35,580 nt of DNA from Synechococcus sp. (lineage in GTDB: Bacteria; Cyanobacteriota; Cyanobacteriia; Thermostichales; PCC-7336): NCBI GenBank assembly GCA_051439425.1, contig JBFRWD010000031.1, positions 1-35,580 of the forward strand, written 5' to 3'. The position numbers were made by a program, and so were the translations under genes. Position 1 is the stretch's first letter. Each line of letters opens with the position of its first letter. Below, piece after piece: positions 8,468 to 18,742 of this stretch. The notes beneath the pieces are model-generated. The model ran no database searches. It was not told the origin of the DNA and saw only the letters and a list, made by a program, of their open reading frames with translations.

Positions 8468-10243
8468 ATGACCACCGTTAACTCGATAGGTGCCACAGTT
8501 GTCGTCGTAGACGATCAACCATCTGTTCGGATAACTCTGGCACGAGCGATGAAAAGCCAGGGGTATCGAGCAATCCCGCTGGCATCGGCCCAGAGCTGCC
8601 TGGAATTTTGCCTGAATACCACGCCAGACGCCATACTGCTCGACAGCATGATGCCGGGCATGGATGGGTTTACCTGTTGCAAACTCTTGCAGACCGCGTT
8701 GGGAGACGATTGCCCTCCCATTCTAATGGTGACAGCTTTAGACGATCGCGCTTCAGTCGATCGAGCATTTGCAGTCGGTGCCCAGGATTTCATCACAAAA
8801 CCCATCCACTGGCCCGTTCTCCATAACCGCGTCTCCACCCTGATTCGTTCCCACCACACCTCACTTAAATTACGCCAAGAAATCACCCACTCTCAGCAGT
8901 TAGCACAACAGCTAAAACTGGCCAATCAAGACTTAGAGCTGAAAATCAGCCAGCGGGCAAGCGAACTACAAGACGTGCTCACATTTGAGTCGTTGCTAAA
9001 ACGCATTACGGATCGCGTCCGCGAAACGCTAGATGAGACTTACATTCTTCGCACAGTCGTCGATGAATTAGCCATCTGTTTGCGCTTGAGCAGTGCAAGT
9101 GTCGGTCTGCTGAAGTCAGACGACCGGGCATATACGATTCAATTTGATTGCGCTCTATCATTGCCCTGTTGCGAGGGGCGTATCGTCAGTGCTGACGATC
9201 ATCCGGATGTGTGGTCTTGTTTTCAGAAAGGGCAACCCAGTATTTACCACTCCTGGCTGCACCCACTGCAAGGAAAAATAGTCGCGTTAGATTGTCCACT
9301 GATGGATGAGGATGGTCGCTTGTTAGGGGTCCTGAATCTTGTGCGCCCCCACTTAGGAACGTTTTCCAGCCTGGAAATCCGGCTAGCAGAACAAGTGGCG
9401 AACCAATGCGCGATCGCCATTCGCCAAGCTCAGTTATATGGAGCAGCCCAAAGCAAAATTTCGGAGCTGCAGCGGCTATCTGAATTGAAGGACGATTTCA
9501 TGAGTACGGTTTCTCATGAATTACGTACGCCACTGACTAGCATGCGCATGTCTCTAAAGATGCTCAAACATGCTTCACAACCCGAGAAGCGGCAGTGCTA
9601 TCTATCGATGTTAGAAGCCGAGTGCGAGCGGGAAATCCGGTTGGTAGAAGACCTGCTATTAATGCGTGAGCTCACAGCCCAGGTAGATTCGGAAGAGCGC
9701 CAATCAGTAGAACTGGAACAGTTACTCGCATCCATCGTTGATGCCAGATCTGACGCTACCAAGTTTCAGGTTGTGAACGCCGGCACTGGAGTGCCCTCCC
9801 GCAGTTGGTGGGTCCACTTGAGCGAGCGCTATCTATCTAGAGTGCTCAACGAGCTTCTGGAGAATGCCTGCAAACATAACGACAAAAACGGGGTCATCGT
9901 TATCCAACTCTGCGAGCACCACCATAAGCCCAACTGGGCCAGCATCAGTGTTCGCAATAGCGGCAACATTCCACCAGCCGAATTACTTCACCTTTTTGAT
10001 ACCTTCCGCCGTGTCTCACACAGCGATCGGTGGCAAACTAGCGGTACCGGTCTTGGGCTTGCGCTAGTCAAACAAATTGTTGAGCGCTTAGGTGGCTCTA
10101 TTTCAGTGGACAGCGCGGAAGGTTGGGTACAGTTCGACTTACATCTTCCCCTGTGCCAACCTCCGCTCACCATGCCGACTCGCGCCCACAGCTCGAACTC
10201 TCCGACGGTCAAACAAATGGTAATTTCTCATGCACGGCATTGA
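8468..10243 (+). CDS. Hybrid sensor histidine kinase (REC - coiled coil - GAF - HisKA - HATPase_c)
   Basis: Receiver motifs VVDD, ILLDSMMPGMDG, MVTA and FITKP. GAF entry ITDRVRETLD and exit VANQCAIAIRQAQLY. H-box VSHELRTPLT, N-box ELLENACKH and G2 box GTGLGLALVK. Confidence 0.93.
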   Translation: MTTVNSIGATVVVVDDQPSVRITLARAMKSQGYRAIPLASAQSCLEFCLNTTPDAILLDSMMPGMDGFTCCKLLQTALGDDCPPILMVTALDDRASVDRAFAVGAQDFITKPIHWPVLHNRVSTLIRSHHTSLKLRQEITHSQQLAQQLKLANQDLELKISQRASELQDVLTFESLLKRITDRVRETLDETYILRTVVDELAICLRLSSASVGLLKSDDRAYTIQFDCALSLPCCEGRIVSADDHPDVWSCFQKGQPSIYHSWLHPLQGKIVALDCPLMDEDGRLLGVLNLVRPHLGTFSSLEIRLAEQVANQCAIAIRQAQLYGAAQSKISELQRLSELKDDFMSTVSHELRTPLTSMRMSLKMLKHASQPEKRQCYLSMLEAECEREIRLVEDLLLMRELTAQVDSEERQSVELEQLLASIVDARSDATKFQVVNAGTGVPSRSWWVHLSERYLSRVLNELLENACKHNDKNGVIVIQLCEHHHKPNWASISVRNSGNIPPAELLHLFDTFRRVSHSDRWQTSGTGLGLALVKQIVERLGGSISVDSAEGWVQFDLHLPLCQPPLTMPTRAHSSNSPTVKQMVISHARH

Positions 10244-10499
10244 CCCACCTTTGATCGACCAGCTACATTCATGCCGTGTGGGTTCACAAGCCACAGTTTT
10301 TAGTCCCCAAAGTGCACGATAGCATCTTCAGAATCCTGCAGGCTGCTAGACAGATCGTCTATTGTGCTACGCACTTCGCTATAGAGAGTTCTCCAATCAT
10401 TTCCCCTGCTAGATTAAGACTTTGAGCTGTCTTCCGGCTCTAGATCTTACGGAGAATTGTTATGAATCCTGGTTCTGGAGTGCGAAGCGTGGTTGGCGG

Positions 10500-11654
10500 C
10501 TAGCGAGCAGAGGAGATGGCTGCCGGTAGGGCTTCCAGTAAGCGATCGACATTCTCGCGACGACTGTTATGTCCCATCAGGCCAATGCGCCATACCTGAC
10601 CTCCCAACTCGCCCAATCCATTCCCCAACTCGATGTTGTAGTCGTTCAGCAGCGTGAGAAAGACATCCTTACCATTCACACCGTCGGGGATACGCACGGT
10701 GGTTAGTGTCGGTAAGCGGTACTGAAGATCGACATGACACTCTAGGCCAATCTCAGCCAGTCCGTTCCACAAATACTCGGCTGTATCTTGGTGGCGCTTC
10801 CAACGAATGGTCAGCCCTTCCTCAGCAATCAAACGCAGACTCTCACGAATTGCGTACGTCATGGAGATGGGAGCTGTGTGATGATAGGTGCGATCGTTAC
10901 CCCAATACTGACTTACCAACTCCATATCTAGGTACCAATTGGGCACCTTACCTTCCCGGCGATTCAGCTTCTCAAGCGCCCGAGGTCCCAACGTAAAAGG
11001 TGAAATACCGGGAGGGCAACTGAGGCATTTCTGGCTGCAACTGTAGGCCATATCCACACCCCAGTCATCCAAGAAAATGGGCACTCCTCCCAAACTGGTG
11101 ACGGTATCGGCTAGGAGCAAACAATCAAACTCTCTGCATAAATCTCCAACACCATCTAATGGCTGGCGGGCTCCGGTCGAGGTCTCAGCGTGAACTAGTG
11201 CCAGGATGGCAGGGCGGTGATCTTCCAATCCTTTACGAATGTCGTCGAGAGAAAACACCTCTCCCCAAGGCCGATTGATAGTGCGAACATGGGCTCCGTA
11301 GCGCTCCGCCATATCGACCAGACGGTGACCGAAATATCCATTGACACCCACCAGAACAACATCACCTTGCTCCACGGTATTCGCCAGCGTCGCTTCCATC
11401 GCCGCACTACCAGTACCGCTGACGGGGATGGTGAGCTGGTTATCCGTTTGCCAGACATAGCGCAACAACGACTGCACTTCCCCCATTCGGGCCAAAAATT
11501 CCGGGTCGAGGTGGCTGACCTGGCGGGTGGTCATGGCATTCAACACTGCCGGGTCTGCATTGGATGGTCCCGGCCCTAGCAACAAGCGCTCTGGCATCTT
11601 GAGGGGGTCGAGAGACAGGCGATGACGATCGCTAACAGCAACAGTTGCAGGCAT
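10500..11654 (-). CDS. Alanine--glyoxylate / serine--pyruvate aminotransferase (class V PLP enzyme)
   Basis: RLLLGPGPSN, VSGTGSAAME, VHAETSTG, DTVTSLGG, SQKCL (PLP lysine), YHHTAP and WRIGLMG. Confidence 0.92.
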   Translation of the reverse strand: MPATVAVSDRHRLSLDPLKMPERLLLGPGPSNADPAVLNAMTTRQVSHLDPEFLARMGEVQSLLRYVWQTDNQLTIPVSGTGSAAMEATLANTVEQGDVVLVGVNGYFGHRLVDMAERYGAHVRTINRPWGEVFSLDDIRKGLEDHRPAILALVHAETSTGARQPLDGVGDLCREFDCLLLADTVTSLGGVPIFLDDWGVDMAYSCSQKCLSCPPGISPFTLGPRALEKLNRREGKVPNWYLDMELVSQYWGNDRTYHHTAPISMTYAIRESLRLIAEEGLTIRWKRHQDTAEYLWNGLAEIGLECHVDLQYRLPTLTTVRIPDGVNGKDVFLTLLNDYNIELGNGLGELGGQVWRIGLMGHNSRRENVDRLLEALPAAISSAR

Positions 11655-11735
11655 GACAAAGAGAGGTAAACGCTGAGGGGCTAGGGATCGGAACCCGAGG
11701 AAGGATTATCCCACAATCAGGGAGCCCAAACGGAT

Positions 11736-11757
11736 TTTTGTAACATTCGATGCAAAA
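11736..11757. promoter_or_regulatory. NtcA/CRP-like palindrome upstream of the aminotransferase
   Basis: TTTTGTA-ACATTCGA-TGCAAAA, i.e. GTA-N8-TGC (one mismatch to the NtcA consensus) with symmetric T4/A4 flanks. Confidence 0.4.
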
Positions 11758-11801
11758 TGGTGAACGATGCTGGCCGGTGGCGGGAGGGTTATGGGGGTAT
11801 T

Positions 11802-11855
11802 TGTCCTTCGTCATCCGTCAATCGCAAAGACCATGACCAGTGACCAGTGATGACC
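11802..11855. repeat. Second degenerate heptamer (STRR-like) inverted cluster
   Basis: GTCCTTC GTCATCC GTCA ... CAAAGAC CATGAC CAGTGAC CAGTGAT, just downstream of the gdhA stop. It shares TGTCCTTCGTCAT with the cluster at 5960-5972. Confidence 0.5.
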
Positions 11856-11869
11856 TATCCCCCGGCTCA

Positions 11870-13159
11870 TCAAGTCCCCCGCAAATAATAATTTCTCGTT
11901 CCCCGCGCCGCGATCGCAGCACTCAGCCGCTCCAACGCATGCACGTACGCTGCCGTCCGATACGAAATCTGTTTCTCTTTGCCAAGCCGATAAACGGTTT
12001 CCGCCTCGAATTCAATTTTGCTTTTCAGTTGGGCGTTGACTTGGGCTTCCGACCAGTACTGTCCGGCCCGATTTTGCACCCATTCGAAATAGCTAACGGT
12101 GACCCCTCCGGCATTCACCAAAATATCTGGCATGACAAAAATCCCGTTTTGTTCCAGAATTTCGTCGGCTTCGGGAGTTACGGGGCCGTTGGCCACCTCA
12201 AAAATGAATTGGGCTCGGATACGAGAGGCATTGTCTGCACGAATCTGATTTTCAAGGGCCGCGGGGATCAAGACATCAACATCCAGTTCCAGAAGCTCCT
12301 CGTTGGTGATGTGCTGGCGATCGACCAAATTGCACACGCTGCCTTCGCAGTAAACAGCCTCTAGCTGGCGGGAATGTTCTTTTTGATAGCGAATGCTAGG
12401 AATATCTAACCCTTGGGGAGCATAGATACCCCCCCGGGAATCACTAACCGCAACGACTTTATAGCCCGCATGAAAAAGCAACTCTGCTAACACAGCACCA
12501 GCATTCCCGAACCCCTGAATCGCGACTGTAGTGTAAGCAGGATAGCGATCGAATTTCGGTAATAGCGTATTGATAACGTCGAATGCTCCACGCGCAGTCG
12601 CTTCGTTGCGCCCCAAGCTGCCACCCATCGCCAGCGGTTTACCGGTAATCGCAGCAGGCACCAAATGGCGCCGAATGGTGCTGTATTGGTCCATCATCCA
12701 GCCCATGATGGTGGGATTGGTGTAGACATCGGGGGCGGGAATATCGACGTCCGGGCCAATAAAGTCGGCGATCGCGTCAATATATCCGCGACTCAACCGC
12801 TCGAGTTCAAATTTCGACAAGGCCTTGGGATCGAGGGTAACGCCTCCTTTTCCGCCACCAAACGGTAAATCCAGAACAGCACACTTAAACGTCATCCAAA
12901 ATGCCAAACTGGTCACTTCATCGAGGGTGACGTTGGGATGGAAACGAATCCCACCCTTGGCAGGACCGCGCACGGTACTGTAACGAACGCGATACCCCTG
13001 AAACACTTGCAACGAGCCGTCGTCCATGCGCACGGGTATAGATACCGCTAGGGATGCTTTGGGATATTTCAGCATCTCCAGGGTTTCATCCGGCAGCGAC
13101 ACATACTGAAGTGGCTTTTCCAGACGCTGGCTGGCTTGAGAAAACAAACTGGATACCAC
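11870..13159 (-). CDS. gdhA: Glutamate dehydrogenase (Glu/Leu/Phe/Val dehydrogenase family)
   Basis: [38 protein letters not shown], Rossmann motif [14 protein letters not shown] and [18 protein letters not shown] start. Confidence 0.95.
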   Translation of the reverse strand: MVSSLFSQASQRLEKPLQYVSLPDETLEMLKYPKASLAVSIPVRMDDGSLQVFQGYRVRYSTVRGPAKGGIRFHPNVTLDEVTSLAFWMTFKCAVLDLPFGGGKGGVTLDPKALSKFELERLSRGYIDAIADFIGPDVDIPAPDVYTNPTIMGWMMDQYSTIRRHLVPAAITGKPLAMGGSLGRNEATARGAFDVINTLLPKFDRYPAYTTVAIQGFGNAGAVLAELLFHAGYKVVAVSDSRGGIYAPQGLDIPSIRYQKEHSRQLEAVYCEGSVCNLVDRQHITNEELLELDVDVLIPAALENQIRADNASRIRAQFIFEVANGPVTPEADEILEQNGIFVMPDILVNAGGVTVSYFEWVQNRAGQYWSEAQVNAQLKSKIEFEAETVYRLGKEKQISYRTAAYVHALERLSAAIAARGTRNYYLRGT

Positions 13160-13432
13160 GGCACAATCCTCCGGCCAATCTCCAAGGGATCTCGAACTTC
13201 ATAGTGCGTGAGGGGCAAGCCAGTCATTGCTTTGATAGGCTCTGTTGCATCTAGCAGCAAGACCAGTGATGGCGAATATTAAGCCCCAGGTATTCTGCTA
13301 TGCGTCAGATTGACTGCGATCGCCCTCACACCTCAGCAGCCCCCCTGCTGTCAATCTAAAGAGGATTGTGAAGTCCTCACGCTGGAATCAACCAAGCGTT
13401 CGCATACCCTCTCGTACCCCCATTATTCCGCT

Positions 13433-14128
13433 ATGAAAAAACTAATTTCCTTACTTTTGATGTCGTCTGCTTTAACCGTTGCAGTGCCTGTGACTGCAAA
13501 CTGGCTGGGAGGTCCCCAGCCAGCGATCGCACAAGCCCCCTCTAGTGTGGATGCCAATCAGTTCAATCCGTTGGGATTTTTTTCCGATCCAGGAACGTGG
13601 ATGGAATTTCGCATGCAAAGTACCGATCTGACAGGCGATATGAAAATCACCTGGCTGGAGCGCGAAGTTGTTGGGGGCGTTGAGTACCAGTGGATGGAGA
13701 TGGAACTCGACGCAGAAGGGCAGCGGATGATTTCCAAGCGATTGACCAACCTGGGAGCCTCTGGCCCTGTATTTCGGGAGATGATTATCAAGCTCGGGGA
13801 CGAACCGGCGATGCTCGTTTCGTCTGAAATGCTGCAGATGGGCATGGGCGCAGCATTTGAAGTGGGGCCTCCTGCACCGGAAGCGGAAGAGGAACCTGTG
13901 TATGTCGGTACTGAAACCGTCACGGTTGGTGCCGGTACGTTCGAGACAGATGTGTACGAATTTCGCAGCGATGGAGAAGTGACGCGAGGATATATCGCTC
14001 AGTCCCTACCAGGAATGGTGCTGATGGAGGGGGATGGAATGCGGATGGAATTGATGGGCTCGGGGAATAACGGACAATCAGCCATTACCGAAACACCGGT
14101 GCCTGCCGAACAACTGTTTGGCCAATAG
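13433..14128 (+). CDS. Secreted hypothetical protein
   Basis: ATG at 13433 gives a signal peptide MKKLISLLLMSSALTVAVPVTA...AIAQA. The mature part is acidic and beta-rich, with ETVTVGAGTFET (a DUF3108-like VPAGTF-type motif). Confidence 0.75.
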   Translation: MKKLISLLLMSSALTVAVPVTANWLGGPQPAIAQAPSSVDANQFNPLGFFSDPGTWMEFRMQSTDLTGDMKITWLEREVVGGVEYQWMEMELDAEGQRMISKRLTNLGASGPVFREMIIKLGDEPAMLVSSEMLQMGMGAAFEVGPPAPEAEEEPVYVGTETVTVGAGTFETDVYEFRSDGEVTRGYIAQSLPGMVLMEGDGMRMELMGSGNNGQSAITETPVPAEQLFGQ

Positions 14129-14217
14129 TAATGTGTCCACTAGGTTACGGCGAGCAATCGCAGTAGAACTCTTGCAATCTAGCAATCTATCTAGTTCCAA
14201 GCAAAGGTTTTCGAGCA

Positions 14218-15408
14218 TCAATCCTCCTTTACCAGCAAGTAGTACAACTGCCCCTGGTGATTGATTTCTCCAGCGATCGCCTTAGCCTCATCCCCAATCC
14301 CCACAAACACATCCACCCGTCCTGGGCCTTGAATAGCGCTGCCCGTATCGTGATCGAGGACAAAGCGACTGCGTTCTTCGATCGCGAACGACCCATCTTC
14401 TTGTAGCTGAGGCAACAGACCATTCAGAAGAGCTAAAGCGCCGGGGGGCATGAGGGTTTTATCAGTGGCGATCGAGCGTCCCGCCACCACCGGAACGCCT
14501 AAACTCCCCAGCGGAGGAGTGCCAGTCGTTTCCTCAAAAAATATAAACCGTTGGTTGCGAGGAATGTAGTTGTCCAGATGAGTGGGATTCTGGGCGAAGT
14601 AATCCAATACTTTAGGCAAAGTTAGTTCTTCAAGAGTAAAAATTCCATCCCCCGCCAGTTGCTTGCCAATACTGGTGTAGGGATAGTCCGTACCGCCTGC
14701 GAAACCAACCGACATCGTACTGCCGTCATCCAGCTCCAATTGCGCCGATCCCTGTACCTGAATCAAAAATGCTTCCAGGCGATCGCTCAACCACACCAGC
14801 TCTTGTCCGGCCAGCGGCCCTTGCTGCCATTGCAACCCGTCAGCTCCTTCCAACTCCTGTCGTGTGGGATGGGGGCTCTGCCACTCCGCAAAGTTGGAGG
14901 GCAATCGAAACAAGGGATAGCGATACTCATCCGTGGGGGTGCGACTGGCCCTGTAGGTAGGGGTAAAGTAACCCGTAATCTCGACTGTGCCTTGTCCGTC
15001 GGTACCTAAGGCCTGATAAAACTCAAATTCTTCCAGGACAGCAGACTGCAAGTCTGTCGCCACCTGGGTTGAATCCAGCAGTATTTGAAACCGCAAGAGG
15101 CTATCGCGCACCCGCTCTAACGTGACGCCTTCAATAGGATAGTCACGATAATCTGCCCGAGCAGACGGCGTGCTGAGATAACTGAGGCTGGCGGCGATTG
15201 CTTGTTGCAGATTATCGCGATCGTGCACAACAGCCTCATCCCATGCCACCTCAACAGCCAGTTCAGAACTTGGCACAGGAGCGATCGCCTCCTCCTGACC
15301 GCGGGCAGAAAGCTGAGGGCTCGTGGGTAGCGAAAACAGCGAGATCGCGATCCACGCACACACCCCCAAACGAACAAAAGGCTTGCACCTGCAGTACCGT
15401 CTCACCAT
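14218..15408 (-). CDS. mltA: Murein lytic transglycosylase MltA family
   Basis: ITGYFTP, YRYPLF, FLIQVQGS, YPYTSIGK, RFIFF, RSIATD and 3D-domain DHDTGSAIQGPGRVDVFVG. ATG at 15408 follows GAGG; an alternative TTG is at 15423. Confidence 0.92.
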   Translation of the reverse strand: MVRRYCRCKPFVRLGVCAWIAISLFSLPTSPQLSARGQEEAIAPVPSSELAVEVAWDEAVVHDRDNLQQAIAASLSYLSTPSARADYRDYPIEGVTLERVRDSLLRFQILLDSTQVATDLQSAVLEEFEFYQALGTDGQGTVEITGYFTPTYRASRTPTDEYRYPLFRLPSNFAEWQSPHPTRQELEGADGLQWQQGPLAGQELVWLSDRLEAFLIQVQGSAQLELDDGSTMSVGFAGGTDYPYTSIGKQLAGDGIFTLEELTLPKVLDYFAQNPTHLDNYIPRNQRFIFFEETTGTPPLGSLGVPVVAGRSIATDKTLMPPGALALLNGLLPQLQEDGSFAIEERSRFVLDHDTGSAIQGPGRVDVFVGIGDEAKAIAGEINHQGQLYYLLVKED

Positions 15409-15570
15409 CCATCTACCTCTCAATTGCCATTACCCCTCAATTGATTAGAGCGGCCGCACTACCCGTGGGCATAAGCCTACTCAAAGGGTGAGACAACTAC
15501 CGCAGGTTTCCAGCACAATTTTGAACGGCTTCAATGCAAGTTCTCAGAGAAACCGTCCGAGGCAAGTCCT

Positions 15571-15945
15571 TTAGGCAAGGATGGTCTCTAGCAAAAAGGT
15601 CATGCCAACACCAGCAACAATCCCGCCCAATGCAACCACAGCCGGGAAGCTGGTAGATCGGAAGGCTGCGTGCCGCTGCATCCGTCGAAGCAAAACTCCG
15701 CTAGTCACAGCGACGGCGCCTGAATGACGGCAAAGAGAGCCAATTCAATACGCCGCAATCGGAGTCGGCTCTACCCCCACAACTGCCTCACCATACGCAA
15801 AGCCATGAAAGATTCCAGCTAATGCAACGACAACCACTCGCATCCCAGTCGAATAAGTCTTGCGAGTCAGTAGCAAAATCCCCAGGAGCAATACCGAGCT
15901 GGCAATCACCAACTCGCGATCAGACCAATCCCGTTCCTACAAGTG
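15571..15945 (-). pseudogene. HupE/UreJ-family (Ni/Co transporter-like) pseudogene, C-terminal half
   Basis: Manual translation 15915->15571: ELVIASSVLLLGILLL...VVALAGIFHGFAYGEAVVGVEPTPIAAY*IG...ALGGIVAGVGMTFLLETILA*. There is a premature TGA at 15745-15747. FAVIQ and an upstream LVGTGL lie in shifted frames. No N-terminal half is present. Confidence 0.85.
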
Positions 15946-16212
15946 AATGTAGGTTCGAGGTAGCTTCCAGCGGCCAGTCCCCTCTGGAATCAGAGCACCG
16001 AAGCTCGGAAAATAGGGAGGCAGGATACATCAATGACTGTACATCACCCCTTTCTTCACCATTAGTGTGGCGCCAGTGAATCGCAGCACTGAACGGCAGC
16101 ACCGAATACAACCCTAGATCTCACAACTGAATCGGCAAATCGGACGTCATAAAGGGTAGTGCTGCCCGAAAAATCCTCCTATGCTCGAACTGGACTTTAA
16201 TCGTTGCCTTCA

Positions 16213-18150
16213 ATGACTAGCACTCCGACCGTTCCCTACGGCTCTTGGACATCCCCAATTACGTCCGACGAAATTGTTGCTGGCAGCATCCGGCTAGGGG
16301 AACTTCGCTTGGATGGCACGAACATCTATTGGAGCGAGGGAAGGCCGACGGAGGGGGGTCGCAATGCCGTTGTGCAGTGGGATGGAGATCGCCAAGGGGA
16401 TGCCCGCAGAATAGACATCTTGCCTCAGCCCTTTAATGCCCGCACCCGAGTTCACGAATACGGGGGCGGAGCTTTTATCGTTGATGATGAAACGCTGTAT
16501 TTCTCAAACTTTGCCGACCAGCGCCTCTACCGCTCCCAAAAGGGCCAATCCCCCGAGCCCATTACTGCCGAAGCGCCTCTGCGTTATGCCGATGCTGTAG
16601 TCGATCGTCAGCGTAATCGGCTCATCTGTATCCTCGAAGACGCCAGCTTCCCCGATCGCGAGCCCATCAACTCCATCGGAGCCGTCGATCTGGCCACCGG
16701 CACCGTTACAACCTTGGTGGGTGGCAATGACTTTTATTCCTCCCCGCGTCTCAATCCAGCGGGAGATCGCCTTGCCTGGCTGACCTGGAATCACCCCAAC
16801 ATGCCTTGGGATGTTACAGAACTGTGGGTAGCTAAAGTCGCGGATGGGGAGATCGCCAATCCTCAATTAATCGCTGGTGGTCTAGACGAATCCATCGGAC
16901 AACCGCTATGGTCGCCGGATGGAATATTGACCTTCGTCAGCGATCGCACCGGCTGGTGGAACTTATACCGCTGGGTGGATGGCAAGGTCACAGCGATCGT
17001 CACGCTGGACGCAGAATTTGGCGTCCCCCATTGGGTGTTTCGCATGTCCACTTACGGATACGAATCTGCCACCTCAATCGTCTGCGCCTACAGTCAAGAT
17101 GGAGTTCAACATCTAGCCCGCCTGCATCCCGAAACTGGGGCATTAACCTCCATCAAAACTCCATTCACTCGTGTGAGTGGATTACAAGTGGGGGCCAAAC
17201 AGGCCATCTTTGCTGGTGGCACCCCAACCTCGGCATCCGTTATCGCTCGCCTAGATTTAACGACATTAGAGATTCAGATCTTACGAACAGTTAGCTCGCT
17301 GGAGGTCGATAACGCCTATATTTCAGTACCGGCGGCGATCGCCTTCCCCACCTCCGAAGGCCGCACTGCCTATGCGTTTTACTACCCTCCCACAAATCCA
17401 GATGTCACACAGCCCAGCACCGAAAAACCACCACTATTAGTCAAAAGTCACGGCGGCCCTACTGCCGCAACATCAACCACCCTCGATTGGCGGATTCAAT
17501 ATTGGACCAGCCGAGGATTCGCAGTCCTGGACGTTAACTACGGCGGCAGCACCGGCTACGGGCGTGCCTATCGCGAAGTTCTAAAGGGGAAGTGGGGCAT
17601 TGTGGACGTGGATGACTGCTGTAATGGAGCCCAATATTTGGTCGATCGCGGGTTAGTCGATGAAGCACGACTGGCAATCGATGGAGGCAGTGCCGGTGGA
17701 TACACAACTCTGGCAGCGCTGACGTTCCGCGACACCTTCAAAGCAGGAGCCAGCCTTTACGGAGTCAGCAATCTGGAAATTTTGGCCCGCGACACCCATA
17801 AATTTGAAGCTCGCTATCTGGATAGTCTGGTGGGACCGTATCCTGAGGCCCAACAGGTCTACAAAGATCGAGCCCCGATCGAACATCTCGACCAGCTATC
17901 GTGTCCCGTCATCTTCCTGCAAGGAGATGAAGACAAAATCGTCCCTCCCAATCAAGCAGAACTGATGGTCGAGGCTCTGAAAGAGAAGGGATTACCCGTT
18001 GCTTACGTCCTTTTTGCCGGAGAGCAACACGGATTTCGCCAAGCAGACAATATCAAACGAGCACTGGATGCCGAATTTTATTTCTACTCCCGAATTTTCG
18101 GCTTCGAGCCAGCCGACGAGATCGAACCGGTAGAGATATACAACTTGTAA
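16213..18150 (+). CDS. S9 family (prolyl oligopeptidase / acylaminoacyl-peptidase-like) serine peptidase
   Basis: PYGSWTSPI, RTRVHEYGGG, HPNMPWD, SHGGPT, nucleophile GGSAGG, QGDEDKIVPP and EQHGFR (Ser-Asp-His triad). Confidence 0.94.
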   Translation: MTSTPTVPYGSWTSPITSDEIVAGSIRLGELRLDGTNIYWSEGRPTEGGRNAVVQWDGDRQGDARRIDILPQPFNARTRVHEYGGGAFIVDDETLYFSNFADQRLYRSQKGQSPEPITAEAPLRYADAVVDRQRNRLICILEDASFPDREPINSIGAVDLATGTVTTLVGGNDFYSSPRLNPAGDRLAWLTWNHPNMPWDVTELWVAKVADGEIANPQLIAGGLDESIGQPLWSPDGILTFVSDRTGWWNLYRWVDGKVTAIVTLDAEFGVPHWVFRMSTYGYESATSIVCAYSQDGVQHLARLHPETGALTSIKTPFTRVSGLQVGAKQAIFAGGTPTSASVIARLDLTTLEIQILRTVSSLEVDNAYISVPAAIAFPTSEGRTAYAFYYPPTNPDVTQPSTEKPPLLVKSHGGPTAATSTTLDWRIQYWTSRGFAVLDVNYGGSTGYGRAYREVLKGKWGIVDVDDCCNGAQYLVDRGLVDEARLAIDGGSAGGYTTLAALTFRDTFKAGASLYGVSNLEILARDTHKFEARYLDSLVGPYPEAQQVYKDRAPIEHLDQLSCPVIFLQGDEDKIVPPNQAELMVEALKEKGLPVAYVLFAGEQHGFRQADNIKRALDAEFYFYSRIFGFEPADEIEPVEIYNL

Positions 18151-18239
18151 GCGGGGAAGACTGTAATTAGAGCCAAGTTTGTATCATGCCCTTATGCAAG
18201 ACGGGGCGAGTGGCGGCCTGAAGGCTTGCTGCAATAAAC

Positions 18240-18707
18240 ATGCGGATTGATGACATCCCCCATAGCAAGCCTGCCAAACTAACGGGGCCAGCCATGCCCA
18301 TTCAGAAAGCCGATCCCGAACTGCGTCGAACCGTTCTCCTCGGTCTCGTTGGAGTTGCGGTTCTGGGCTATGTAGCGCGCCAGTGGGGATTGCCAAGGGT
18401 GATGGAAGCGATTTCCGACCAAGCCCCCGCCCAAGCTGTCCGATCGTTGCAAGCGATGGCGATCCTGGCGTTTGCTCCCATGTTGCCAATCGCCTACTGT
18501 ATCCACAAACTGGCTCGACGAGTCAAAACTAGCCAACGGTTTCCACCTCCAGGAATGGCAGTGATTCGAGATACAAAAATATTGACCGGAGAGACCGCGA
18601 AACACCTTGGCAGCAAGCTAATGGCGTTCAGCCTCACGTTTGCCTCAGTAGCACTATTCGGAGCTGTTTATCTGACCCATACCATCGCCCAACTGGGCCA
18701 AGAGTAA
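18240..18707 (+). CDS. Hypothetical membrane protein (about 3 TM helices)
   Basis: Three hydrophobic segments and a QRFPPPGMAVIRDT loop. The start may be the ATG at 18294. Confidence 0.7.
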   Translation: MRIDDIPHSKPAKLTGPAMPIQKADPELRRTVLLGLVGVAVLGYVARQWGLPRVMEAISDQAPAQAVRSLQAMAILAFAPMLPIAYCIHKLARRVKTSQRFPPPGMAVIRDTKILTGETAKHLGSKLMAFSLTFASVALFGAVYLTHTIAQLGQE

Positions 18708-18742
18708 CGAATACAACCCGCAGTACCGAACACATCTCGAAA

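Noticed and set aside
8990..9440. GAF domain as a cyanobacteriochrome photoreceptor
   Set aside because: The bilin-binding CH motif and the DxCF/Asp motif are absent.
15822..16111. ORFs 15822..16079 (+) and 15920..16111 (-)
   Set aside because: They are shadow or chance frames over the HupE/UreJ remnant; only the terminal LVGTGL looks homologous.
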